DNA of 32,000 nt from Synechococcus sp. A15-28 (GCF_014280175.1 NZ_CP047931.1:2100001-2132000); one strand, 5' to 3'. Shown: positions 18,229-27,659, counted from the stretch's first letter. Made by a program: numbers and translations. The notes: generated by a model from the letters alone, not told the origin.

Positions 18229-20551
18229 CCCCGGTTCGGGCGATGTCGATCACATCGGCCATGGAACGGATCTGATCCATCGTGCGGCTGAGCTGGTCGG
18301 AACCGCGCAGTTCCACCCGCAGATCGATCCTCGCCGGACGCCCCGCGGCGGTTTTCACCTGGGCATCGCTGACGTTGATGGCCCCATCGGACAGCCGCAT
18401 CAGGATGTCCTTGAGAATGCCGACGCGGTCGATCACCTCGATCCGCAGCTGCACCGGGAAGCGTTGCAGAGGCTGGGCACCGTGGGTGTTCCAGCGCACC
18501 GGTAACCGACGTTCCTTGGGAATCGTCTCGACGTTGGCGCACTCCTGCCGGTGAATGGTGATGCCGTGGTTGCCAAGGGCCACCGTGCCGACGATCGGTT
18601 CACCGGGAAGAGGGCTGCAGCAGCCCCCCAGGCGATAGTCCAGCCCTTCGAGGCCAAGGATCGTGTCCACGCTGTGGCGATGATCCGACGTGGTCTCCCT
18701 GGGGGGGACGAGGGCCCTGGCCACCTCCTCGTTGCTGGGGGGAGCCGTGTCCTGCTCGGCGATCAGGCGGATCTCCTCGCGGAAGCGATTGAGCACCTGT
18801 TGCAACGTCACCGCACCGAAGCCGAGGGAGGCCAGCAGGTCATCTGTGGAACCAACGTTGCAGCGCTGAGCCACACGGGCCATGGCCGCACCGTTCAGGA
18901 GAGCTTCGAAGCCATCCCGTCCCAGTTCGCGCTCCAGCAACTCCTTACCCCGTTCGATCGTCTCGTCCCGGTGACTGCGCTTGTACCACTGGCGAATGCG
19001 ATTGCGGGCCGTGGGGGTGGCGACGAAATTGAGCCAGTCCAGGCTCGGATGGGCCGTGTTGCTGGTGAGGATCTGAACAAAGTCACCGTTCTGCAACGCC
19101 GTGGCCAGGGGGCAGAGCCGGTCGTTGATACGCGCACCATGGCAGTGGTTGCCCACCTCAGAGTGAATCCGGTAGGCGAAGTCCACCGGCGTTGCCCCCT
19201 TGCGCAGCCCGACCACATCGCCCTTCGGCGTGAACACGAACACCTCTTCATCGAAGAGGTCCTCCTTGATCGATGAGAGGTAGTCGTTGTGGTCGTCGTT
19301 GCCACCCTCCTGCTGCCAGTCCACCAGTTGCCGCAGCCAGTTGAAGCGTTCCGCCGCGCTGCTGCTGCTGGCCGGTGAGCCGCCCTCCTTGTATTTCCAG
19401 TGCGCGGCGATGCCGAATTCCGCCACCCGGTGCATCTCGATGGTGCGGATCTGCACCTCAATCGGCCGATGGCGTCCGATGACGGCGGTGTGCAGGGATT
19501 GATAGCCGTTCGGTTTGGGCAGACCGATGTAGTCTTTGAAGCGACCGGGAATGGGTCGGAAGGTGTCGTGCACTACCGCCAAAGCACGGTAGCAGCTCTC
19601 GACACTCGGCGTGATGATCCGCAGCGCGGCCACGTCGTAGATCTCGTGGAACGCCTTCTGCTGACGCTGCATCTTGCTCCAGATGCCGTAGAGGTGCTTG
19701 GGACGACCACTCACCTCACAACCCTCGAGTCCGGCCTGAGCCAAGCGGTCGTTCAGCAGGGCGACAGTGACGCCGAGACGCTCCTCCCGCTCACTGCGCT
19801 TGCTGGCCACCTCCTGCTGGATCTCTCGGAACGCCTCCGGCTCCAGCAACTTGAAGGCCAGGTCCTCCAGTTCCCATTTGAACCGCCCGATGCCCAAGCG
19901 GTTAGCAAGGGGGGCGTAGATCTCGCGGGTCTCCCGGGCGATGCGCTGGCGCTTCTCCTCCTTGAGCGCCCCCAGCGTCCGCATGTTGTGGAGCCGGTCG
20001 GCCAGTTTCACCAGCACCACCCGGATATCACTGGCCATCGCCAGAAACATCCGCCGCAGGTTCTCGGCCTGGGCCTCGGTGCGGTTGTTGAAGTGAATGC
20101 CGCCCAGTTTCGTCACCCCCTCCACCAGCTCGCGCACCTCAGAACCGAAATGCAGCTCGATCTGGTCGGGGGTGACGTCGGTGTCCTCCACCACGTCGTG
20201 CAGGAACCCGGCCGCGATCACGCTGGCGCTGGCACCGATGTCCCTCAGCAGATCGGCAACGGCAACGGGGTGAACGATGTAGGGATCACCACTGGCCCGG
20301 AATTGGCCCTCGTGCAGCTGAAACCCGAAATCAAAGGCCGCCACCAATAGGGCTTCTGGATCCGTCGGGCAGCTCGTCCCCAGGCCCGGTGGAACGTTGA
20401 GGATGCACTGCCGCAACCACTCCGGCAGGGCGATCTCGTACTCGTCCGGATGGCGGACCGGATGACGCCTCAGCTCCGGGCCACCGCACTGCACAGGCGC
20501 CGGAGCACTCTCGGTCCGGGAAGAGTCCTGTGGTGAGGAAGCGTCGAGCAT
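18221..20551 (-). CDS. spoT: Bifunctional (p)ppGpp synthetase/hydrolase
   Basis: HD hydrolase motif AAGFLHDVVEDTDV, synthetase RFKDYIGLPKPNGYQSLHTAV, TGS region VFVFTPKGDVVGLRKGATPVDFAYRIHSEVG, C-terminal ACT-like domain. Confidence 0.96.
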   Translation of the reverse strand: MLDASSPQDSSRTESAPAPVQCGGPELRRHPVRHPDEYEIALPEWLRQCILNVPPGLGTSCPTDPEALLVAAFDFGFQLHEGQFRASGDPYIVHPVAVADLLRDIGASASVIAAGFLHDVVEDTDVTPDQIELHFGSEVRELVEGVTKLGGIHFNNRTEAQAENLRRMFLAMASDIRVVLVKLADRLHNMRTLGALKEEKRQRIARETREIYAPLANRLGIGRFKWELEDLAFKLLEPEAFREIQQEVASKRSEREERLGVTVALLNDRLAQAGLEGCEVSGRPKHLYGIWSKMQRQQKAFHEIYDVAALRIITPSVESCYRALAVVHDTFRPIPGRFKDYIGLPKPNGYQSLHTAVIGRHRPIEVQIRTIEMHRVAEFGIAAHWKYKEGGSPASSSSAAERFNWLRQLVDWQQEGGNDDHNDYLSSIKEDLFDEEVFVFTPKGDVVGLRKGATPVDFAYRIHSEVGNHCHGARINDRLCPLATALQNGDFVQILTSNTAHPSLDWLNFVATPTARNRIRQWYKRSHRDETIERGKELLERELGRDGFEALLNGAAMARVAQRCNVGSTDDLLASLGFGAVTLQQVLNRFREEIRLIAEQDTAPPSNEEVARALVPPRETTSDHRHSVDTILGLEGLDYRLGGCCSPLPGEPIVGTVALGNHGITIHRQECANVETIPKERRLPVRWNTHGAQPLQRFPVQLRIEVIDRVGILKDILMRLSDGAINVSDAQVKTAAGRPARIDLRVELRGSDQLSRTMDQIRSMADVIDIARTGVS

Positions 20552-20604
20552 CCGACCCAGCGGGTCAATCCATGGTATGCAGTGCTCGACCCCCCGTCCT
20601 CTCC

Positions 20605-22197
20605 ATGTCGCGCCCTGTCCTGGAGCTCGAACAGCTGCGGCTGCGCTACCCGGGCAGTGATCGCTGGACCCTCAATGGCCTTGACCTGAGCCTGATGTCC
20701 GGAGAGACCATGGCCCTGGTGGGCTCCTCGGGCTGTGGCAAGAGCACCGTGGCCCGCGCCGTGATGCAGTTGCTGCCCCCGGGCACCCAGTGCGAGGGAA
20801 GCTTGCGGTTGACCGGCATCGACCCACGGACGTTGGATCGCCCCGCTCTGCGACGGCTGCGGGGTCAGGCCGCCGGGCTGGTGTTTCAGGACCCGATGAC
20901 CCGGCTGAATCCGTTGATGACGGTCGGCGCTCATCTGCTGGATACCCTGAAGGCCCATCGACCGGACAGCAGCGACCGCTGGCGGCGCCAGCGCTGTGAT
21001 GAGCTGCTGGAGCGGGTGGGCATTGGCGCCCGGCGTCGGCGCGCGTTCCCCCATGAACTGAGCGGTGGCATGCGTCAGCGCCTGGCCATCGCCCTCGCCA
21101 TTGCGCTCGAACCGCCTCTGCTCATCGCCGATGAGCCCACCACCAGCCTGGATGTCGCCGTGGCCGGGCAGGTCATGGCCGAGCTGAGCGGTCTTTGCGC
21201 GGAAATGGGCAGTGCCCTGCTGTTGATCAGCCACGATCTGGCCATGGCAGCGCGCTGGTGTGAGCGCATGGCGATGCTCGATGGTGGCCTCAAGGTGGAG
21301 GACGGCCCGAGCCGACAGCTGCTGACGCAGCCCCGTTCCGAGGTCGGGCAGCGATTGGTGGCCTCGGCCCGGGCCCGGGAAGGGGGGCAGACGCCGTCGA
21401 GGCCCAAAGCTCAACCGGTGCTGACCGTGGACGCGATGCGCTGCTGGCACAGCGTCGGCGGCACCCCCTGGTCCCCCGTCTGGCTCAAGGCGGTGGATGG
21501 CATCAGCCTGGAGTTACGCGCCGGAGAAAGCCTCGGAGTCGTGGGAGCCTCCGGCTGCGGCAAGAGCACCCTCTGCCGGGCCTTGATGGGTCTCAACACC
21601 ATTCGCGGCGGCCGCGTTGACCTGTTGGGCCAGAACCTGCTCAACCTCAAGGGTGAACCGTTGCGCCAGGCACGCCGAGTCCTGCAGATGGTGTTTCAGG
21701 ACCCACTGGCCTGTCTCAATCCGGCCCTGAGCGTGGCGGAGGCCATTGCCGACCCCTTACTCATTCATGGCCTGTGCAGTAAGGCTGCCGCCCGCCAGCG
21801 GGCACGGGAGCTGATGGAGCGGGTTGGCCTCAACCCAGCTGAACAGTTCCAGGATCGTCTTCCCCGCCAACTCTCCGGCGGACAGCAACAGCGGGTGGCC
21901 ATTGCCCGGGCCCTGGCGCTGCAGCCGAAGGTGCTGATCTGCGACGAAAGCGTCAGCATGCTGGATGCTGAGGTGCAGGCCGAGGTGCTGGCGCTGCTGC
22001 GGGAGCTGCAGCAGGAGCTGGGGCTGGCGATGATTTTCGTGACGCACGACCTCTCAGTGGCCAGCGGGTTCTGTCATCGCGTGATCGTGTTGGACAAGGG
22101 GGAGATCGTGGAGGAAGGACCGGGTGAGCGGATCTTCCAGGCCCCTCAGGCCGCCATCAGCCGCACGCTGGTGGATGCATGTCCGCGCTTGCCTTGA
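20605..22197 (+). CDS. ABC transporter protein with two fused ATPase domains (peptide/nickel type)
   Basis: Two Walker A motifs ([15 protein letters not shown]; [15 protein letters not shown]), two signature motifs ([12 protein letters not shown]; [12 protein letters not shown]) and two Walker B segments ([12 protein letters not shown]; [12 protein letters not shown]). Confidence 0.93.
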   Translation: MSRPVLELEQLRLRYPGSDRWTLNGLDLSLMSGETMALVGSSGCGKSTVARAVMQLLPPGTQCEGSLRLTGIDPRTLDRPALRRLRGQAAGLVFQDPMTRLNPLMTVGAHLLDTLKAHRPDSSDRWRRQRCDELLERVGIGARRRRAFPHELSGGMRQRLAIALAIALEPPLLIADEPTTSLDVAVAGQVMAELSGLCAEMGSALLLISHDLAMAARWCERMAMLDGGLKVEDGPSRQLLTQPRSEVGQRLVASARAREGGQTPSRPKAQPVLTVDAMRCWHSVGGTPWSPVWLKAVDGISLELRAGESLGVVGASGCGKSTLCRALMGLNTIRGGRVDLLGQNLLNLKGEPLRQARRVLQMVFQDPLACLNPALSVAEAIADPLLIHGLCSKAAARQRARELMERVGLNPAEQFQDRLPRQLSGGQQQRVAIARALALQPKVLICDESVSMLDAEVQAEVLALLRELQQELGLAMIFVTHDLSVASGFCHRVIVLDKGEIVEEGPGERIFQAPQAAISRTLVDACPRLP

Positions 22198-22934
22198 CAC
22201 CCTTGGTGGGTTGCTGCCATCGGCCCATGGGATCCCGTGTCCGCACTGCTATCGCTGTGGCAGGTCTTCTGCTGATCTGGAGAGGATCACCGGCTCTCGC
22301 CACACCACCCCAGGTGGTGGAGGTGCCCGCCGGGCCGGCCTTTGTCCAGCGACCGGGGGAAGCTCAGATCCCCGCTCGTCAGGGGCAGTCGCTGATCCCA
22401 TCCACCCTGCTGCGCACCAGCAAACCCGGACGAATGCAGGTGAAGCTCAGCAACGGCCGCCAGTTCCGCATGGGGGGCGATGCCAAGCTGAAGCTGGCGG
22501 GTGCGGGCGTCGAACTGCTGAAGGGATCGATCATCGGCTGGATCAGTCCATCCATCACCAACCGACGTCCGTTTCAGATCCGCACGCGACTGGCCACCGC
22601 ATCAATCCAGGGAACCACGGTGTTTCTGGAACTCAATGATGACACCTTCCGCGTGTTCAGCTGGGAAGGGGCCGTGCAGGTGCGCACCAAGGACGGCGAG
22701 GAATTCACGCTGCAGAGCGGCCAGCAACTGCTGCTGGATCTCAAACGCCAGCTCGATGACACCCGGGGACGGGTCACGGATGCCATCGAATGGGAGCCCC
22801 CAGCCCCCATGGCCAACACCGACATTGATCGGAGGATGAAGGGCAGTGCCTTGATCAATGGCTTTTCGACACCGCTGGACACCCTTCCCATCATCGAGCG
22901 GGAACTGGGGACCAGCGCCGCGCCACGAGATTGA
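22179..22934 (+). CDS. Exported FecR-domain-like protein
   Basis: Hydrophobic N-terminus TAIAVAGLLLIWRGSPALA; LSNGRQFRMGGDAKLKL...LLKGSIIGWISPS...IQTRTRLATASIQGTTVFLEL-type FecR pattern. Alternative start at 22227. Confidence 0.75.
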   Translation: MSALALTPLVGCCHRPMGSRVRTAIAVAGLLLIWRGSPALATPPQVVEVPAGPAFVQRPGEAQIPARQGQSLIPSTLLRTSKPGRMQVKLSNGRQFRMGGDAKLKLAGAGVELLKGSIIGWISPSITNRRPFQIRTRLATASIQGTTVFLELNDDTFRVFSWEGAVQVRTKDGEEFTLQSGQQLLLDLKRQLDDTRGRVTDAIEWEPPAPMANTDIDRRMKGSALINGFSTPLDTLPIIERELGTSAAPRD

Positions 22935-24727
22935 TGAAGCGATGGGCCATGCCGGTGCTCTGGCGGCTGGGGGTGGTGATTCCGCTCCTGCTGGCACCGG
23001 CCTTGGCGACAGCCGATGCCCTCACCCACCAACTGCTGATGCAATGGCGCGGTGCCAGGCCGCTTCCGGATGACCTGGTTCTCATCGGCGTGGATGAAGC
23101 CTCCCTCGATCCGGCCTTGGCGGACTTCGGGCCTTGGCCATGGCCGCGCAGTGTTCAGGCCACCCTGGCCGCCCTCCCCCTTAAGCATGGGGCGTCGCAG
23201 GTGGTGTTCAACATCGTCCATTCCGGCGCCAGCGGTTTCGGGCCGGAGGACGACGCGGGCTTTGTGCAGCAGCTTCTGCCTTGGCGAGAGCGCGTTGTGC
23301 TCAGTGCGAGCTACATCCGCCAGCAGGCCAGTGACCTGGAACAGGTCCAACTGCGACGCCCTCAGGCCGAGCAATTCCCGAGGGTGGGCCTGTCGAGTTT
23401 CGTGCTGAACAGTTTCGGCGTGGTGGAGGCAACACCCGGCCAGGAGGAACTGGAGCGAATGCTCTCCGGATTTCCCCAACCCTGGCCCAAACCGCTGGCC
23501 AATGTGACTGCAGCCACTTCGGTGCCGCGGCATGACACCGGCCTGGAGGTGCTGGGTCCGGCCGGTCATATCCCGATCATCCCGGCCTGGGGGGTGACCG
23601 ACCTGCCGGCGGACAGCTGGAGGGGCAAGACGGTGATCATCGGCGCCACGGCCCCGTCTCTTGGAGATCAACTGGAAACACCCTTTGGTCAACTGAGCGG
23701 ATCGGAGGTGCTGTACGCCGCCATTGCAGGAGAACTCCAGGGCAAGGGGTTCCGCAGACCCCACCCGGCCCTCTGGAGTTGCCTTGCCCTGGTCTGGGGA
23801 CTGCTGCTGCTCTGGCGCATCAATGTGGGCCGGACCGCAGCCGCCACCACCACCGCAGGCCTCCTGCTCGCGGGGCTGGGGGGCGGAGTCACCGTGCTGG
23901 GCTGGGTCTCCGGTTTCTGGCTGCCAGCCACGGCGCTCTGTCTGTCGCCACTGCTCGGGGGTGGCCTGCGGGCGACGGCTCAGTTTCAGCACGAAAGTCG
24001 TCAGCGACGGTTTTTGCACACCGTGCTTTCTCGCCGCGTCTCCCCCACCCTGATGGCCGACATGGTCCGCTCTGGAGAAGCGGTGTGGACCCAGCTTGGG
24101 GGGCAACGAAGCCGCTGCGTGGTGCTGTTCACCGATCTGGTGGGGTTCACCACCCGCAGCAGCGTGATGGAACCCGACACGCTGTTCGCACTGATGAATC
24201 GCTACTTCGAGGCGATTTCTGCTCCTGTTCTGCAGGAGCAAGGACTGCTCGACAAGTTCATCGGTGATGCGCTGATGGCGGAATTCGGAATCCCCCACAA
24301 CCGCGGCGACCGGGAGGAAGCCCTGGCGGCAGTCCGTGCTGCTCTAGCGATGCAGAGCAATCTCGACAGCTTGAACACAACCCTGGAGGCTGAGGGGGTG
24401 GAACCCCTCGCCCAAGGCATTGGAATGCATTTCGGTGAGGTAATGGCTGGCAATCTCGGCTCAAGCCATCGCCTGGAGTACACGGTGATCGGTTCGGCGG
24501 TGAATGTGGCCAGCCGCCTGGAAGGGTTGACCCGACGCTTCAAGGAGCATCCGATCCTGATCAGTGGGGAACTGCGGGAGTTGCTCGGGGATGCCGTGGA
24601 GGTGGTCGACCTCGGGCCACAGATGGTGAAGGGATGGCCCACTCCCGTGCAGGTCTTCGGGCTGAAGGGGCTCAACACCCCAAAGACCGACCGATCTGAT
24701 CGGATTAACCTGAGACGGGCGGTTTGA
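22931..24727 (+). CDS. CHASE2-domain-like, membrane-anchored class III adenylate/guanylate cyclase
   Basis: N-terminal TM + LVLIGVDEASLDPALADFGPWPWPRS (CHASE2-like), three TMs around 23.7-23.95 kb, catalytic VVLFTDLVGFT, DKFIGDALMAEFG, GIGMHFGEVMAGNLGSSHRLEYTVIGSAVNVASRLE. Confidence 0.9.
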   Translation: MMKRWAMPVLWRLGVVIPLLLAPALATADALTHQLLMQWRGARPLPDDLVLIGVDEASLDPALADFGPWPWPRSVQATLAALPLKHGASQVVFNIVHSGASGFGPEDDAGFVQQLLPWRERVVLSASYIRQQASDLEQVQLRRPQAEQFPRVGLSSFVLNSFGVVEATPGQEELERMLSGFPQPWPKPLANVTAATSVPRHDTGLEVLGPAGHIPIIPAWGVTDLPADSWRGKTVIIGATAPSLGDQLETPFGQLSGSEVLYAAIAGELQGKGFRRPHPALWSCLALVWGLLLLWRINVGRTAAATTTAGLLLAGLGGGVTVLGWVSGFWLPATALCLSPLLGGGLRATAQFQHESRQRRFLHTVLSRRVSPTLMADMVRSGEAVWTQLGGQRSRCVVLFTDLVGFTTRSSVMEPDTLFALMNRYFEAISAPVLQEQGLLDKFIGDALMAEFGIPHNRGDREEALAAVRAALAMQSNLDSLNTTLEAEGVEPLAQGIGMHFGEVMAGNLGSSHRLEYTVIGSAVNVASRLEGLTRRFKEHPILISGELRELLGDAVEVVDLGPQMVKGWPTPVQVFGLKGLNTPKTDRSDRINLRRAV

Positions 24728-24731
24728 GGCC

Positions 24732-25403
24732 ATGTCCTTCCCCTCTTTCCTGCGCGAACTGGGCCAGTTGATTCAGGAGCGTGCGGTGATCAGCTGCACT
24801 CATCCGCGCCTGGTGGCGATGGATACTGTCAATGAGCTGGCAGGACTCACCTGCGCCCATCCAGGTCTGATCACAGCATCCGGTTCAGACGTGCTCTCCC
24901 ACCTTGAGCGACATCCTGCCAAGGCAATTCTGTTCATCACAGAACATGTTCAAGACGGCCACGGCCTCGAGTTGATCCGAGAGGTGCATCGACGCGATTC
25001 GAGTCACCGCAGCGTGTTGATCCTCACGGACAATCACGGTCACAGCGTTCAAACACTGCAGGATCCAGCTTTAGCAGCTGTTGTGCTGGATCAGAACATC
25101 GGCGGGCCGACCTGCGTTCTCACCAAGGCCCTGGCCGCGGTGAACCACGGCGAACGCTTCGTGGACCCTGCCATCAGCACCGGCGCCAAGACAGACGTAA
25201 CGATGGAAAGCCTCAGCGACAGGGAACGGGAAGTACTGAGCCTGGTGGCCGACGGACTGAGCAATAAGGAAGTTGCAGAGCGCCTCCACCTCGCCTCCAC
25301 CACCGTGCGCGACCACATGCAATCCGTGATGCGCAAACTCCAGGTGAAAAGCCGCACCGGAGCGGCGGTGGCTGGGTTTCGGCAGGGACTGCTAACAGCC
25401 TGA
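24732..25403 (+). CDS. LuxR/NarL-type transcriptional regulator with degenerate receiver-like N-terminus
   Basis: C-terminal ESLSDREREVLSLVADGLSNKEVAERLHLASTTVRDHMQSVMRKLQVKSRTGAAV is a textbook LuxR HTH; N-terminal domain is receiver-like but lacks the phospho-Asp. Confidence 0.88.
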   Translation: MSFPSFLRELGQLIQERAVISCTHPRLVAMDTVNELAGLTCAHPGLITASGSDVLSHLERHPAKAILFITEHVQDGHGLELIREVHRRDSSHRSVLILTDNHGHSVQTLQDPALAAVVLDQNIGGPTCVLTKALAAVNHGERFVDPAISTGAKTDVTMESLSDREREVLSLVADGLSNKEVAERLHLASTTVRDHMQSVMRKLQVKSRTGAAVAGFRQGLLTA

Positions 25404-25404
25404 A

Positions 25405-25566
25405 TCAGGCTGCCCTGGACACGTCGCTGGACGCTGGCACGATCCTGTCCCGCGGCTGATCGACGACAATCAGATGCCGTCTGATGTGGGTCGGCATCAC
25501 CTGATTGCGCAGCGAGCGCAGCAGGGCAGACACCCAGATGCGGCGGCAACGCAAACGGATGGCCAC
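25405..25566 (-). CDS. Candidate small protein (53 aa, GTG start)
   Basis: Manually read reverse-strand ORF MAIRLRCRRIWVSALLRSLRNQVMPTHIRRHLIVVDQPRDRIVPASSDVSRAA*; not in track (non-ATG, <60 aa). Alternative TTG start at 25581. Confidence 0.3.
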   Translation of the reverse strand: MAIRLRCRRIWVSALLRSLRNQVMPTHIRRHLIVVDQPRDRIVPASSDVSRAA

Positions 25567-25615
25567 GATCAATCGTTCCAAGAATTGGTCTATGGAAAAG
25601 AGTTCCTGCGATTTG

Positions 25616-26611
25616 TCAAGCGATTCGCCTGCGCAGGACCTCCAGCAACCGCTCGATCACGGGCGGCAGGGGCGCTTGAAACAGCATGCGTTCGCCGCTG
25701 ATCGGATGATCCAGACCCAGTTCAAAGGCATGCAGCGCCTGGCCCGGCAACTCCATCGGCAATTTGCGGCAGCGGCTGTAGGTGGGATCCCCCACCACCG
25801 GATGGTTCATATGGGCGCAGTGCACCCGGATCTGATGGGTACGGCCGGTGTCCAGCTTGAAGCGCAGCAGTGAGTAATCCCCCAGCCGTTCCTGCAAGGT
25901 CCAGTGGGTGCAGGCATAACGACCGGAGTCATCGCTGACCACGGCGTACTTTTTGCGATCGGCAGGATGGCGGCCGATGGCGCCCACGATCCTGCCGCTG
26001 TCGCCACCTGGCACACCGTGCACCACGGCCAGATACTCCCGTGAAGCGATCCGCTTCTGGATCTGCCCCTGCAACCGCACCAGCGCCTCCTGGGATTTGG
26101 CGATGACGATGCAACCGGTGGTGTCCTTGTCCAGACGGTGCACGATGCCCGGCCGCAGCTTGCCGCTGATGCCAGGGAGATCAGGGCAGTGATGCAGCAG
26201 GCCGTTCACCAGCGTGCCGTCCTTGTTGCCAGGAGCCGGATGCACCGTGAGGCCCGCTGGCTTGTTGACCACGATCAGGTGGTCGTCCTCGAACAAGACG
26301 TCCAACTCCATCGCTTCCGGCTTCAGGTAGGGGAGCGGTTCCGGTGGTGGCATCCACAGCTGGACTTCATCGCCTTGACGCAGAGGTGTTTTGGCCTTGC
26401 CGGTTTTTCCGTTCACCCGCACGTAACCGGCATCAATGAATTTCTGGATCCGGGCGCGGCTTTGCTCCGTGCGCTGACTCACCAACCAGCGGTCCAGCCG
26501 CATGGGAAGCGGTTTGGGGTAAACAAGCGTCAGCAATTCACCCTCACCTTCTCCGAAGGACGCACTGAAGGTCTCCTCCGGTAGGGGAGGTCGCTTCCAG
26601 GTGGGGCTCAT
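25616..26611 (-). CDS. rluD: RluA/RluD-family 23S rRNA pseudouridine synthase
   Basis: PMRLDRWLVSQ, S4-like domain, GIVHRLDKDTTGCIVIAKS, LDTGRTHQIRVHCAHMNHPVVGD. Confidence 0.92.
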   Translation of the reverse strand: MSPTWKRPPLPEETFSASFGEGEGELLTLVYPKPLPMRLDRWLVSQRTEQSRARIQKFIDAGYVRVNGKTGKAKTPLRQGDEVQLWMPPPEPLPYLKPEAMELDVLFEDDHLIVVNKPAGLTVHPAPGNKDGTLVNGLLHHCPDLPGISGKLRPGIVHRLDKDTTGCIVIAKSQEALVRLQGQIQKRIASREYLAVVHGVPGGDSGRIVGAIGRHPADRKKYAVVSDDSGRYACTHWTLQERLGDYSLLRFKLDTGRTHQIRVHCAHMNHPVVGDPTYSRCRKLPMELPGQALHAFELGLDHPISGERMLFQAPLPPVIERLLEVLRRRIA

Positions 26612-27474
26612 GCCGGCAGCTCCAAGGCAATGCTGCCCAGGGCGGATTTACGGAAGTCATCCAACAAGCGCTGGGCCATCCGAGCCGTATCACCGGAGGT
26701 GTGGCGCTGGGCTGCAGCCTCCAACCAATAGGCGGGATCCGCTGTCTCGTCCTGGACGGGAATGCCGTAGCGCTTCTCCAGAACGGCCATGGCAACGCCA
26801 GAGGCCTGCTGCGGCTGCAGCTCCATCAGCAACTGCAGAAAGGCCTGAGCCACCAGCTCGCCGTCGTAGGCGGCCTGACCGATGTCGTCGCAGAGGGCCA
26901 GGTGAAGCGCCGCCTGCTGATCATCCAGCCGCGGCGGCAACACCCCGGGGGCATCGAGCAGATCGAGGTCCTGCCCCAGCCGCACCCAACGCAAGGTGCG
27001 GGTGACGCCAGCCCGCCGGGCACTGGCCACCACCTTCTGCTTCACCAGACGGTTGATCAGCGCTGACTTGCCCACGTTTGGGAAGCCCAGCGTCAGAGCC
27101 CGCACCGGGCGGGGCCGCATGCCGCGGTTGCGACGTCGTTCATTCAGCTGATCACCGGCTCGGATTGCTGCCTGCTGCACCTGCTTCACACCGGTGCCCG
27201 CCTTGGCATCGCACCAGACCGTGCGCTGGCCGCGGCCCTTGAACCAGGCCTCCCAGGCCTCCCGAGCCGCCGGCGTCACCATGTCGCGCCGGTTGATCAC
27301 CAGCAGGTGCTGCTTTCCCTTGAGCCAACGGTCCAGATGGGGATGCCCCGTCGCCAGGGGGATCCGGGCATCTCGGACTTCAATCACCAAATCCACCTTG
27401 TCGAGGTGTCGGCTGAGCTGCTGCTCCGCCTTGGCGATGTGGCCGGGGTACCACTGGATGGCCGGGGTACTCAC
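26608..27474 (-). CDS. rbgA: Ribosome biogenesis GTPase YlqF/RbgA (circularly permuted)
   Basis: GTG start; [31 protein letters not shown] (G4) preceding [16 protein letters not shown] (G1) and [11 protein letters not shown] (G3). Confidence 0.94.
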
Positions 27475-27593
27475 AGCACCACCGAGGTGTTGAAGCTCAC
27501 GCCGCCGGGTCCCATCACGTTCACAGCACCATTCAACTTGTCCGCCACGTCGGGGAATCCAGCGGCCATGGACAGGAGAACGGTCTCCAACAT
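27471..27593 (-). CDS. Candidate small protein (40 aa) coupled to rbgA
   Basis: Manually read: [40 protein letters not shown]; its stop overlaps the GTG start of rbgA in a GTGA quartet. Confidence 0.4.
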   Translation of the reverse strand: MLETVLLSMAAGFPDVADKLNGAVNVMGPGGVSFNTSVVL

Positions 27594-27659
27594 GGGTGCT
27601 CGGTGATGCGAAAACACGGGTTAATCTCCTCCCGATTTCCTACCGCACGACACAACCCC

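Noticed and set aside
19400-20350. 316-aa plus-strand ORF opposite the rel/spoT gene
   Set aside because: Antisense shadow ORF; the minus strand protein has complete HD and synthetase motifs.
22574-24298. 574-aa open frame on the minus strand opposite the FecR-like and cyclase genes
   Set aside because: Shadow ORF: fully antisense to two strongly supported genes, composition rich in H/R/G/Q typical of antisense frames in GC-rich DNA, no recognisable domain.
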